Shown piece by piece: positions 14,853-26,500 of a DNA stretch of 64,000 nucleotides. The notes under the pieces were generated by a model that did no database searches, had not been told where the DNA came from, and saw only the letters and a program-made list of their open reading frames with translations. Numbering within the stretch: the first letter of the stretch is position 1; each line of letters opens with the position of its first letter. The stretch comes from Owenia fusiformis. Lineage: Eukaryota. The DNA is taken from positions 18,104,001 through 18,168,000 of the forward strand of contig CAIIXF020000001.1 of the NCBI GenBank assembly GCA_903813345.2, given 5' to 3'. The position numbers were made by a program, and so were the translations under genes.

Positions 14853-15926
14853 GGTGTACCTAAATATTGTTGATAGCAAGTTCTCTTACCAACCTCCCAA
14901 GGTAGCAAACTATATTCATAAGGAAAGATGTACCTAAATAGTGTTGATAGCAAGTTCTCTTACAAACCTCCCAAGGTAGCAAACTATATTCATAAAGAAA
15001 GATGTACCTAAATATTGTTGATAGCAAGTTCTCTTACCAACCTCCCAAGGTAGCAAACTATATTCATAAAGAAAGATGTACCTAAATATTGTTGATAGCA
15101 AGTTCTCTTACCAACCTCCCAAGGTAGCAAACTATATTCATAAAGAAAGATGTACCTAAATATTGTTGATGGCAAGTTCTCTTACCAACCTCCCAAGGTA
15201 GCAAACTATATTCATAAGGAAAGATGTACCTAAATATTGTTGATAGCAAGTTCTCTTACCAACCTCCCAAGGTAGCAAACTATATTCATAAGGAAAGATG
15301 TACCTAAATAGTGTTGATAGCAAGTTCTCTTACAAACCTCCCAAGGTAGCAAACTATATTCATAAAGAAAGATGTACCTAAATATTGTTGATAGCAAGTT
15401 CTCTTACCAACCTCCCAAGGTAGCAAACTATATTCATAAAGAAAGATGTGCCTAAATATTGTTGATAGCAAGTTCTCTTACCAACCTCCCAAGGTAGCAA
15501 ACTATATTCATAAAGAAAGATGTACCTAAATATTGTTGATGGCAAGTTCTCTTACCAACCTCCTAAGGTAGCAAACTATATTCATAAAGAAAGATGTACC
15601 TAAATATTGTTGATAGCAAGTTCTCTTACCAACCTCCTAAGGTAGCAAACTATATTCATAAAGAAGATGTACCTAAATATTGTTGATAGCAAGTTCTCTT
15701 ACCAACCTCCCAAGGTAGCAAACTATATTCATAAAGAAAGATGTACCTAAATATTGTTGATGGCAAGTTCTCTTACCAACCTCCTAAGGTAGCAAACTAT
15801 ATTCATAAAGAAGATGTACCTAAATATTGTTGATAGCAAGTTCTCTTACCAACCTCCTAAGGTAGCAAACTATATTCATAAAGAAGATGTACCTAAATAT
15901 TGTTGATAGCAAGTTCTCTTACCAAC
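14853..15926. repeat. 74-bp tandem repeat array, about 14.5 near-identical copies
   Basis: The unit gatgtacctaaatattgttgatagcaagttctcttaccaacctcccaaggtagcaaactatattcataaagaaa repeats head-to-tail with starts at 14853, 14927, 15001 ... 15886. Three late units are 73 bp. There are no spacers. Confidence 0.98.
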
Positions 15927-16078
15927 GGTACAATTTAGAGAGCTATTTTTGGTACAATGATTTAAAAATATATTTAAAATATTGATTGAATCTGTTCCAT
16001 GTTTTATACTTTCATACTAGAGACAGTGGCAGGTACCAAATGTGAGGAAAATATGCTGACAAGAAAAATGGGCGTGGC

Positions 16079-18690
16079 ATAAGGCAAGCTGGGTATATCT
16101 AGTCATTAGCTTGTAATATTTTAGCTTTTATTCAATTTGGTCACTTTATAGTTTTCTTTCAGGGAGATAAAAATCAAATCTTATATTGATTTTTGTAAAA
16201 CTCACTTCAAGTCAAAGGTCATCTTGAAAAAAACGTATTTTACCAAAATCAAAATCATTTGAGCGAAATATATTTTCGTTTCTCCCCCCCCCCCCCCCTC
16301 TGATCAAAATGTTGGCTTATTAAATGTCAAAACTGCCCCTTGCTCATCAATCTTGAATTTTATACCTGTCTTTTTCTATCATAATGCAGCGAAATTCGTT
16401 CTTTTGGAATTTTAAAACGTGGCGATGTTTAAATTCCAAGTTGGAGCAAGTTGATCAATCCAATATAGCCCCTCACTTCCAGGGGGTGTCTTTGTTTTGG
16501 ATCCAATGACATCAAAGAGATTTTCCTATCTATGTTTGATCACATACATTTTATTTAAGCTTTTACAATCAAAAATTCAACTTTTAGCTAAATTCTGTAA
16601 CCTTTCTGAAACTTGAACTTTCAGTATGAAATTATGATCCTTGATCTTATAGTTTTCAACCAAAATTTAACTCAAACTGCAAGAATACACATTTAGGAGA
16701 CAAATTAATCATAGTCTAAACAGCAAACATCATGTAGTACGAAAGTTCAACCGAAAAAATTCAGAAATCGTTACTTATTTCACAAAATGAAGAAATTGCC
16801 TTAGTTCGAGTTCGTCAAGTTCCAAATTATAATTGGGCTTGAAAGTTAGAACATATAGTCAAGTTTTGCAATATACCATCAATTTGGAATTTGGTTTTTA
16901 AAATAAGTAGGTAAATTTAGCCATTGGTTTTTGTTACATCGACGAAAGTCTGGGGTATGTAAAAACCAAATCCAACCGCGTGTATTTTCTTAACGACCCC
17001 ATATATATTATATTGTAGTCTAACCCAATGTTACCTAAATGTGACATGTGAAACTTTTATTCAAAAAGTGGTTTTTGAAGGACTTTTTGTTCGAATCTGT
17101 TTTGCACTGGATAGTGGAATATTTGATGATTAAAAAAATGTCTTGATACGACGTCAGATACTGTACATCACGGCGTAACATTGTAATTGTTCATTTTACC
17201 GACAAAATGCAAAGATTTACGCGATAAATATGCGCAATGCTCCTCCAAGTAATTGCAAAAGTTTTAATATTCGTGGAATCTTCTTACAAACTTCAAATTT
17301 TGTTCAGATTAATGTGCGCTTCAATACAATTCTATATTCAAAAAGGTTTTGTCACGATATACAGAATTAGAATCACCAGAAAGTAGACATTTCAAACCCT
17401 ACCCGTTTTCTTCTTTGTCGCGCTTTTCGGCCCTGCGCTCTCGTTGTCGCATCGTCTTTCTAGACTCTTTCACAGTGCCCTTTGTCATATTCAACTGATA
17501 TACACAGACGGGAAGATATTAAGGATTGTTAAATGCATTATTTGTAATTTATTTTAACTCGAATATTTAGTTTTATTTATTTAAAGCAATGAATAATAAA
17601 GGAGAACATATAATACGCTAACGGCGTAACGTCTTATTTTGTAAAGGCTTCACTTGGGGTTGCGGTGATAAAATGATGTCTATCTCAATATATACTGGTT
17701 CAAATTAAATTAAATTAATTGTATGTTGTAAGGGGTATATTTAAAAGAACATGCTGAAACCTTGGAAAGTTTTGAATGTGTATCCCTTAATTAGAAATAT
17801 TTGAACTCAAAAAATGAAACGTAATTTTGTGAATTTTTCACATGGCTTCACTTCATATTTCTTTCAATTTATGCTTCTTACAGACTGAATTTTAATCGAA
17901 ATGGTATAGTGTTTTGATAAAAATATAGAATATGATATGCCTTTCAGGAATCAAAAAAGAATAATTCACCTTTCAAACGATTTAATGTTTAATTGATCAA
18001 AATATATATCTTGTTGGTACGAAATTCTGCCCGTCCACACTTTTTTTGCATAAATATAAGCGTTAAGTTAGCATTGTTATATTATGACGTCATCACACAG
18101 AATCTATTTGTCTTTTCCAAAATAGTGAATTAAAATATTGAGAAAATTTGAGAAAGATCCGTTAAGAAAAGAAAAAGTTATCTTCATTTTTCGTTTAAAA
18201 TTAAAATCATTTTTCTTCAAAATGTTACAGTCCACACCCGGTTTTAGCATAGAAAGTCGCATAATACGGCTTGCGTGATTCTCATTTAAAAAGTCCCAAA
18301 TCAGTTATTTGGAATTCTGATAGGCAAAATATTTCATGGACATACGTTTTCAACTGATGACGAAAAATTGTAGAAAAATATGATTTTGCTGTCGAGATAT
18401 TGCGGTTTTAAAAGTAAGTACGCATGTAAAAATGCAGTAAAATGCCGCGATGTACAGTATCTGACGTCGTATCCTTTTAATTTTTATTTGAAAAATGACG
18501 GGCAATTTGAATATTTGAAATGAATGATAAAAACATATTTTCAAACTCGATGTGGGGCTTTTAAACTGAACTTTACTGATTTTGGAACCAAATGTCAATG
18601 CGCAGCTTGCCTTATAAGTAGGTACCGTTTACATCTACAAAACAAAAATCTTAGCGAACTCGAGCACTGCCAGTTCCTCCATTTTGTTAC
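16079..18690. mobile_element. Nest of decayed non-autonomous DNA transposon fragments with several inverted pairs
   Basis: 17145-17174 vs 18444-18473 is a 29/30 inverted match. ataaggcaagctg (16079-16091) pairs with cagcttgccttat (18603-18615). 16782-16819 vs 18650-18687 is a looser inverted match. Boundaries are uncertain. Confidence 0.55.
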
Positions 18691-21600
18691 GTTGACGTGA
18701 CGTCAATTATAGAAGTTGGGGGAATATTATTGTTTAGCAAACCATCGTTTTCCTAACCTATTCCATCGTTGTACTAATTTGAAAAGGTTAACATCAATAT
18801 TGGTTTAATGTTTGACAAAACATGAAAGTACAAAACAAATTCTCTAGAAATGTCAATTTTGATCAATTTCAATTGGTCAGGAAGGTTTGCGCATGCGCCT
18901 CACAAATATAAATGCCTTCAAAACCGTAATATTTCTGGCGTTTTGAAGTTTTAGAGAAGCTCATTATTTTGGGGATTCGATTTGGAATTTGATATTTTGG
19001 TGTGTTTGATATATCGATAGTTGAACTTGGTTTAAAGTGTTGCATCATCGGTTTAGATGATTAAAATGTTGGGGTTTGATTCAATTCCGTTAATATTTCA
19101 TTTTGTCTAATTTGATGTTTTAATCAAAGTTTTAACCACTGTCTCTTTGTCCTCGATGGTGGTTTACCAAACCGAAATATATTGTAACGTTATGTATCAC
19201 ATTAATCTTGGTTACTTGGCAATGAGGAACTTCTATTTACAATTAAAAAATGTCTGAAACAAAATATGGCGGTCATAAAAATAAAATAGATTGCTATTTC
19301 AAATCATTTTTTTTCACATTTTGTCTATTTCAAGAATGAATTCAAATATTCAAAGTTTCTATCATTCGAAGCAATATATTTGGCACATTTTTGAAAAATT
19401 CAAAATATTTTGTTTGGTGACCTTTCCGAAAGTACAACCTATTACAATTTTTCAGTCACGTCATATAGGGCTGAACGGCTGTTTCATCATGTTTAGTGTC
19501 ATTCCGACCATACCTATTGTTATCGTTCTCATGCAAATGGTGGAACTAGTAATACTGACTAAAGGTCAAAACATAACTTTGTTACTACTAAGTTCAAAAG
19601 ATCTCAAATATCCAGAATGTTTCTGTGACTTCCTGTTTTTGACTTCCTTTTAACTACCCTGAGACCATACACAACACTCATTGGTGTTTAACTATTTTAT
19701 AATTTAGATTCTAGCACATAAATCCTTTTATTAAATCAGTGTCATATTCTTCACTCTCTGATTGGTCCATGTCCTACAAGTGACTAAAAATAATGAGCGA
19801 TATTCAACGGAACTCACGTGACTTCTATTGAATATCAAATGATATTCACCAGTCACGACTTAGTCCAGTGTAATTTTAATTCTATATATCACCTGGAGTA
19901 CATTGTTATGATTAATTAGACATCAATAGTTTCTTATTCCATTGATGTGAGTGAGAAGTTTAACAGTGAATAATAAATAAATATTTAATTCCTTTTTCTT
20001 GTGAAAGATGCGCAGTTATTCACCTCAATGGAATTATATATTTGTATAATATTTGTCATTTTCTTGATTAAATGAGCTCCTTCAGCTCGTTTCAAACGAG
20101 GTTTGAAACTATATCTTTACTCAAGGATGCAATACAATACACTCAAGATCTGGAAAGCTGAAGATACTATTCTGGAAATAATAGTGAAGATTATCCATTA
20201 TCTTGGAAATCCTAAACTCGTAATCATTCTTGGCAATACTATGTACATTTGTTACACTTGGAGTAGATAGTTAGTTTCAGTGTATAGTCATTCTGGCTCC
20301 TTCAACCCACTTGCAAAACATATAACTTCCATTATGACTATTTGTATGTGTCATGTATTATCACAATTGCCACACCAAAGTAAAATGGATGGACCCAGTG
20401 AAAAGCCAACTTAAAATTGGCAATATTTTTCAAATATTCGATTAAAATATAAAAATATTCTAGGTCTTCTAAATAAAGGCTCAGTGATAACTCCTCCAAA
20501 GTTACTCTTACTGCAATGCACATGTTAAAGTAAGTGTTCAAACTAGGATTTATTGAGACTCATTGTCAAGGGATTTGTGTTTGTATATTTAAGTTGTAAT
20601 ATTCCATGGACTAAATCTTTGAAGGAGTGTCAATCGAAAAACAGAGTGTCACAAAAAAGTCTCAATTTTGTTTACATTGATGTAGCTTTATCAAAATATT
20701 AACTGCAATTTAAATCAAACAGTGTAAGATATAGTAGATATAAGACTTAGAGGTCAAGCAGAACGATGTCGATATTCAGACATTATAAGTAGGCTGGAAT
20801 AAATGGGAGGAGAAAAGTTAAATACAGTTTCACTGGAAACGCCCCCTTTTCTACTTTTAACGAATTTTGTTTTTCTTCAAAAATAAACGCAACAAAAATT
20901 CGTTTTAAAAACGATTGATTCTAAAAATTGAAAAACAGAAATTGCCAATGCATATTTAGTCTATGTCAACAAAAATGTGCAAAATGGCGAGTCCAACCAT
21001 ACGATTCGCCGCATATAATTTGTCAATGAATAAATTATATTAAAGTATTCAAATATGGATATATTCTATGCTTAAACGACTGTTCTCTGAAATAAAATGT
21101 GTGGTTGTTAATGCCTCAAACTAGTTAAAGGACACACGAAAAGTTTTGCTCTCCAATAAAACGGAGGAAATAAAGAAACATAAACATAAACATTGTTTTC
21201 ATAACTAAAAAACAGTTTCGGGCATTTTTACTAAAAAATTAAATTTCGTGCAATTTTAGCAACAAAATATTTCATTATAATTAAAACAATACCATAATGT
21301 ACAAAATACCCTATTTTTAAGTTTTATGTACACATTTTAAATAAGTACAGGATTTTATACCGTTGGTTTCAAAAGCAAATCTATTGTTGTGAAATATTTA
21401 AAAAAAAGCAAGTTTGAACAAAATTATTCATATGTTTTTCCGTGAGTTCTAAACATAATTGCATCCAAGGAGTGTCTCAAATCTGAATCTCCATTGAATT
21501 TGTCTTTTAAAATTGTATTTGATGTTTTTCACATTGAATAAAATGTCTAAAAAAATCTATAGTTTTCCTATCAAAATGGCCTAACATCAACTACATATAG

Positions 21601-23474
21601 GATTGGCTAAAACGAAGGCTTTTGCATTTAAAATAATACATGTGGTTAAAATATTTCATCTATTCGCTTAAAGGCAAGTAAGTACTTATGTTACTTATAT
21701 TCTAAACAATAATGGACTGTTTTACACTAAAATTGAAATATGCTCAAATTTTGACCCACCCTGTATTTATATCCACAGTGTAGCCAGACTTTTAATATGA
21801 AAATATTTACAACATAAAAGGGATGTTTAGCACAGAGCGGGAACAAAAAAGAAGCCTCGTATAAAATTGAAAATATTTTTATTGGATATTACAACTGATA
21901 TCTACAGTATTCATATGATTGTAGAATCAGTGAATATGAAATGATTGATTTCATTTTGGGAGTATCCCAAATGTTATTGTGTGAGCTTTTATTCGCTAAC
22001 AAAGGGAACTCTGTCGCTAAATGTTAACATAGCCATGTTCGGGGCGGGGCTTACAACGATCCTCAAATTACGTTTTAAAATAAAATACTGTAAACTGAAT
22101 ATTGTCGCGTATTTGTTTTTGTGGAAGTTATATATTTCACTTGCACCTCCAGAAGGAAAATCGTGCTTGATTTTTCAATTTTTAGATATCGTTTATATTA
22201 TAAAAGGTTGGTAAACCAAAATTAGTCCATCACACATACATTATGATAATTTCCAAAATAAGCCCTCTATGGGCGGTACTCGTGTAAAACGAGCCCATTA
22301 TTGGATAGCGCTCGAAAGCAATTCTCTTTCTTGCCTTCAACGAATATTTAATCCTAATAACATTTATGTAACGAATATTATACAGACCATCGTGTAAGTT
22401 ATTTGTTGTTTTATATTTCTTATGTGTTGGTTTTTGTTGAGTTATGTTCTTTATATGTTTCAGAAGTCTACATTTATTGGGCGATATAAAACAGTGGGTA
22501 AGGCTGTGAAAAGTTTGAAATAATGTTCGAATATTATGTGTCATAATAATGATGACTTTTAGACAAAAAATCAAAGCTAGTATACTCGGACAACACAACT
22601 GCCTCCAATGTATCAGATCCGTCGATACTTTCCAACGTGTTAATAACGCATTTGTGCGAACGTGAGCATTCATACAGCAATCATTTGTCATTTCCAAAAT
22701 AATACTCAAAATCAAATATGTACATAGCTGAAATCCTTATGTTTGGAGGATACAAAATATTGTACAGCACAACCTAAATTCGCCACAAAAATAACAATAT
22801 TTTGTCTGGTATTTGCGTTGCATATTATTTAAAAGGTATCCACTTAAAGAGCACTTTCTGGTGAAACTTTCAGCAAATAATGCATCAGCAAAGTTAATTT
22901 AACCAATGTGTTGGAGGATACAAATATGAGGCACATCGTGTATGCACAGTAAACGTACTTTATTTCATAGGTAATGCATATCTAACACTCGTCATTTTTG
23001 GGAGCTTATCGCAAACATTTTTTTCTTCTATTAGTAGGTTGGAAAAATATCAGTGCAATCGATACAATGTATGTGCTGTAATCCGGGTTCATTGTAACAA
23101 AACCTTGTTTTTGTCAAACGATTCATCATTTAGCTTTTTGTAAGAAGACACGCAATAAACTGCATAATTTTAATTTTGCTCATCACAAGAAACTTCCCAT
23201 TAGATAACATTATCAGTAATATTTCCGACATTTAATTTTCCGAACCTGACAAAAATTAGGCAAAAGGCAGATTAAATGATCTTAGGCAAAATCACCATTT
23301 ATACGAACAGTATTTCTGATATTTCTTACATTAAGTTACATCCATCGTGTCTTCCTCCCTTTTGATGAAGTGGGAAATTCAAATATTTAAAAAATTTAAA
23401 AAACAGATACATTTCAAAAAGATGGTTTCCGCAAAGGTCTTTAAGTTGTTTTACTTTGTATTATGTAAATGTTT

Positions 23475-23564
23475 CTTTTTGTGTTACTTTTTCCCTTTCA
23501 CTGTTGAGTATAGTACTCTCTGAGGGGAATAAACAGTGAAAGCGACCAAGTAACTCACAAAAAG
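23475..23564. repeat. Imperfect hairpin of about 90 bp
   Basis: ctttttgtgttactttttccctttcactgtt pairs with aacagtgaaagcgaccaagtaactcacaaaaag. Confidence 0.7.
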
Positions 23565-26500
23565 AGTCTCAGTGTTTTATGTTACTTCTAGTCATCATTT
23601 TTATGTTTTAGATGTACTGTATAACGTTAATATTTCTAAAGTTAATTTATTGTGTTCTCATCCATCTGATGATTTTTGAGGTAGATATTGCTCTTGACCA
23701 TGGTATAAGGTCGTTATTCACCTGTCGGGGTCGATGATATGGCAATATCCCTCGGGTGATATCGATATTTCCCTCGGTCACTGCGTTCCTTCGAAAAATA
23801 TTGATAATTATCATTCTTGTGATATGTAAATCGCTACTTTTTATGTACCTGAAACACGTTCAAGTATGGGATGAAATCAAATAAAATACAGTAATAAAAA
23901 CATACAAGGGGGACCGAACTGGCATATATCCTGACTCATCCTTTCTTAAAACATATACAAACGTATTTTAGTATTTACGTGTGGTTATATCGTAGAAGTC
24001 AAGCAAGAGCCTTTAATCAACGTATTTGGTAAAACTAGCTATCTCAAAACTCCGGAGTTCACTCAATATTGAATAGAAAATGACCAAATTATGTTGTTTT
24101 TTCAATTGAGGTTCATCTACAGACATAAAATATGTACAGATTTGTAAAAAGTCATATTCTATTACTGCACATCTCCATCAGTAGAGCAAGTCGCATCATT
24201 CAAAGTGTTTGGACGTGCACATCTACAGTTTTTTCTACTTTAATAACTTCATGGCTATAGAACATCACGATCTTTCATAGTATATTGAGAAACTAAATTA
24301 GAAACTATAGCATTGAATATATGTGACATGTCGATCTTACTACTTAGAATAGCAATAATTTACTTTCTATCTTACCATTAAGACTAGAGGTCAAAGCGTT
24401 AGAAGTATGGTTGTTACTACAAGTACTTTTTCCTAGCGATTCAGTTTGTCGCTTTAATGTCTAGTATTTTCGATTTGAAATTATGAACTTTTCGAATTTT
24501 CTATTTTGATTTATTTATAATATAAAATATTGATCCAAATATTGCTTATCATCCTATATGATTCAATGGGTACCAAATGATCCATTGATGATGTATATGT
24601 AGAAATACATGTACACATAAGTTATACTTAATTTATTTACATAAACAAAAAATAACAGTTTGAATTTGCAGATTTTATATAAATAATGTTGTGTCGACTT
24701 ACTTATTTTGTTTACTCTGATATGAACATCAATTGTCGTCATTTTCGTTGTTTGTGTAATCTTCTTATTTGTACAATGGAAATTGTCATGGCTATTTCAC
24801 ACCCTGTAACTTGAATTATTCCACAGTGGTACCACGTGTTGACATTATCATTAGTCGCATCTATGAATACATATGTGGAGGGCTTTGTAAAATACACTGA
24901 CCCCCAAAGTGGTTGGAATATTTGCATTGTCAATAGGCATATAACTACTGAATAATCAAGTGCTGGGCTTTATCATTGGTGAATAGCCCTCCATTAGTTC
25001 CTTTGTATTTTGCATATCTTTGATAAACCCTTTGACCCACATACAATGTACATCTTCGTTACATAAGTAATTCCTATTTGTCTTATTGGGTAAAGATTTA
25101 TTACTTTTGTGTCATCAACAATTAGCATACTGACATGAGATCATGTTAGCTGTCGTAAAATGTAAACTGTATTAAAATGGTAGCTGTAGTTTGTGCAAAG
25201 TTCGATGAACTATAGTTTCCAAAATCGAATAAATCGTCCCACATGTAGTATTTTCTAGAACCCTTGATTTTGACAAGCCAATATTTGAAAGCAAGACAAC
25301 AACTAATCAAAGCATATTTAATAGAGAAATACCATAAAGCAAAAGGTCCATGAGACGTGAGATAGTCACGTGAGATAGATCACGTAATTCAGTGACACGT
25401 TCCCGTAAACATTGTAATTTCCACATTTGAATGTCATATTTATATTCTGTAAGATTGCCTCCCATTAAGTGTTGCATCTAGTCTGGTCCCTTTACCATTA
25501 TCCAGTTCCTTACCGTGTCAAAAAGTGTGTATACCGGTGAGTTGTAAGCAAGGGGGCACATTACAATGTAAGGACGTGATGCAATTGTAACTAAACTGAT
25601 ACATCTACAACATCATTTACCATGAACATCTTGCACTGCTGTACGAGACATATTCGTATCGAAGATAAATAAATCTTAATCATTCGAGACAACGACGAAG
25701 TAAACGATTCATTCAAATAATAATTCCAATCCAAGAAACATCTTTATTCATTGTTGATGGGGTTGAAATATTTGATTATTACCATTTTCATTTATTATTT
25801 CATCTTACAACAAAATCCTGTGAAATCAATAATAATATACACCGTTGGAATGTATCAAAACAAACATTCACTATTTTTGATATTCTCAGAGTGCGAAGAA
25901 TGTTTACTTTGACCAGTTTAACAGCTTATTACATAGACTTCAATATGATGAATTTGTAACATAGAAGACCAAGTTAACCTCCTTGCTAACTAGCTCAAAA
26001 TAGTCCTTTGATATTCACAAATTGTGAGAAAATGCTTTTTTGACCAGACAAACGCACTCTAAAAACGTTATAGGGGTCATTTAGCTGACTTTCATTAGCT
26101 CACTTTTATTTTGGAGTTCTAAGCTGTACAGAGTGTGCAAAAATTAGGAGGAGTTACTCTTCATCAAACATAAGAGGTTGGTGTAGAAACATACTCCCCT
26201 TAAACTCATATACTCCAGTTTCTACGACATACATGTTATGCGGCATTAGAGAGGTCGTCCAAAGTTACAAGGCAATGCAAAATATCACTCATACAGGTAA
26301 ACGGGTCAGAAAGTCATAACTGGCCAAAACATAAAGGTTTGCAGCAGTTTTATGTCAAGTACAACTTCATGAAAGTCAAATATTAGAGATACAGGAAGTG
26401 TAAATATCAATTTGACAGTGCTTTGTGTTAAGCTAGACATATTGGTAGAAAGATGAATGACAAAATACTTTGTTTTGTTTTGCTTTGCAATTGTTTTGTC

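Noticed and set aside
14853..15926. CRISPR array or coding repeat
   Set aside because: Units are contiguous with no unique spacers, there are no cas genes, and the 74-bp period is not a multiple of 3.
24800..25080. Possible decayed LINE endonuclease fragment on the minus strand (..CMWVKG..SSYMPIDN..FYKAL..)
   Set aside because: The resemblance is only impressionistic and is interrupted by stops. It would need a tblastn/HMM hit.
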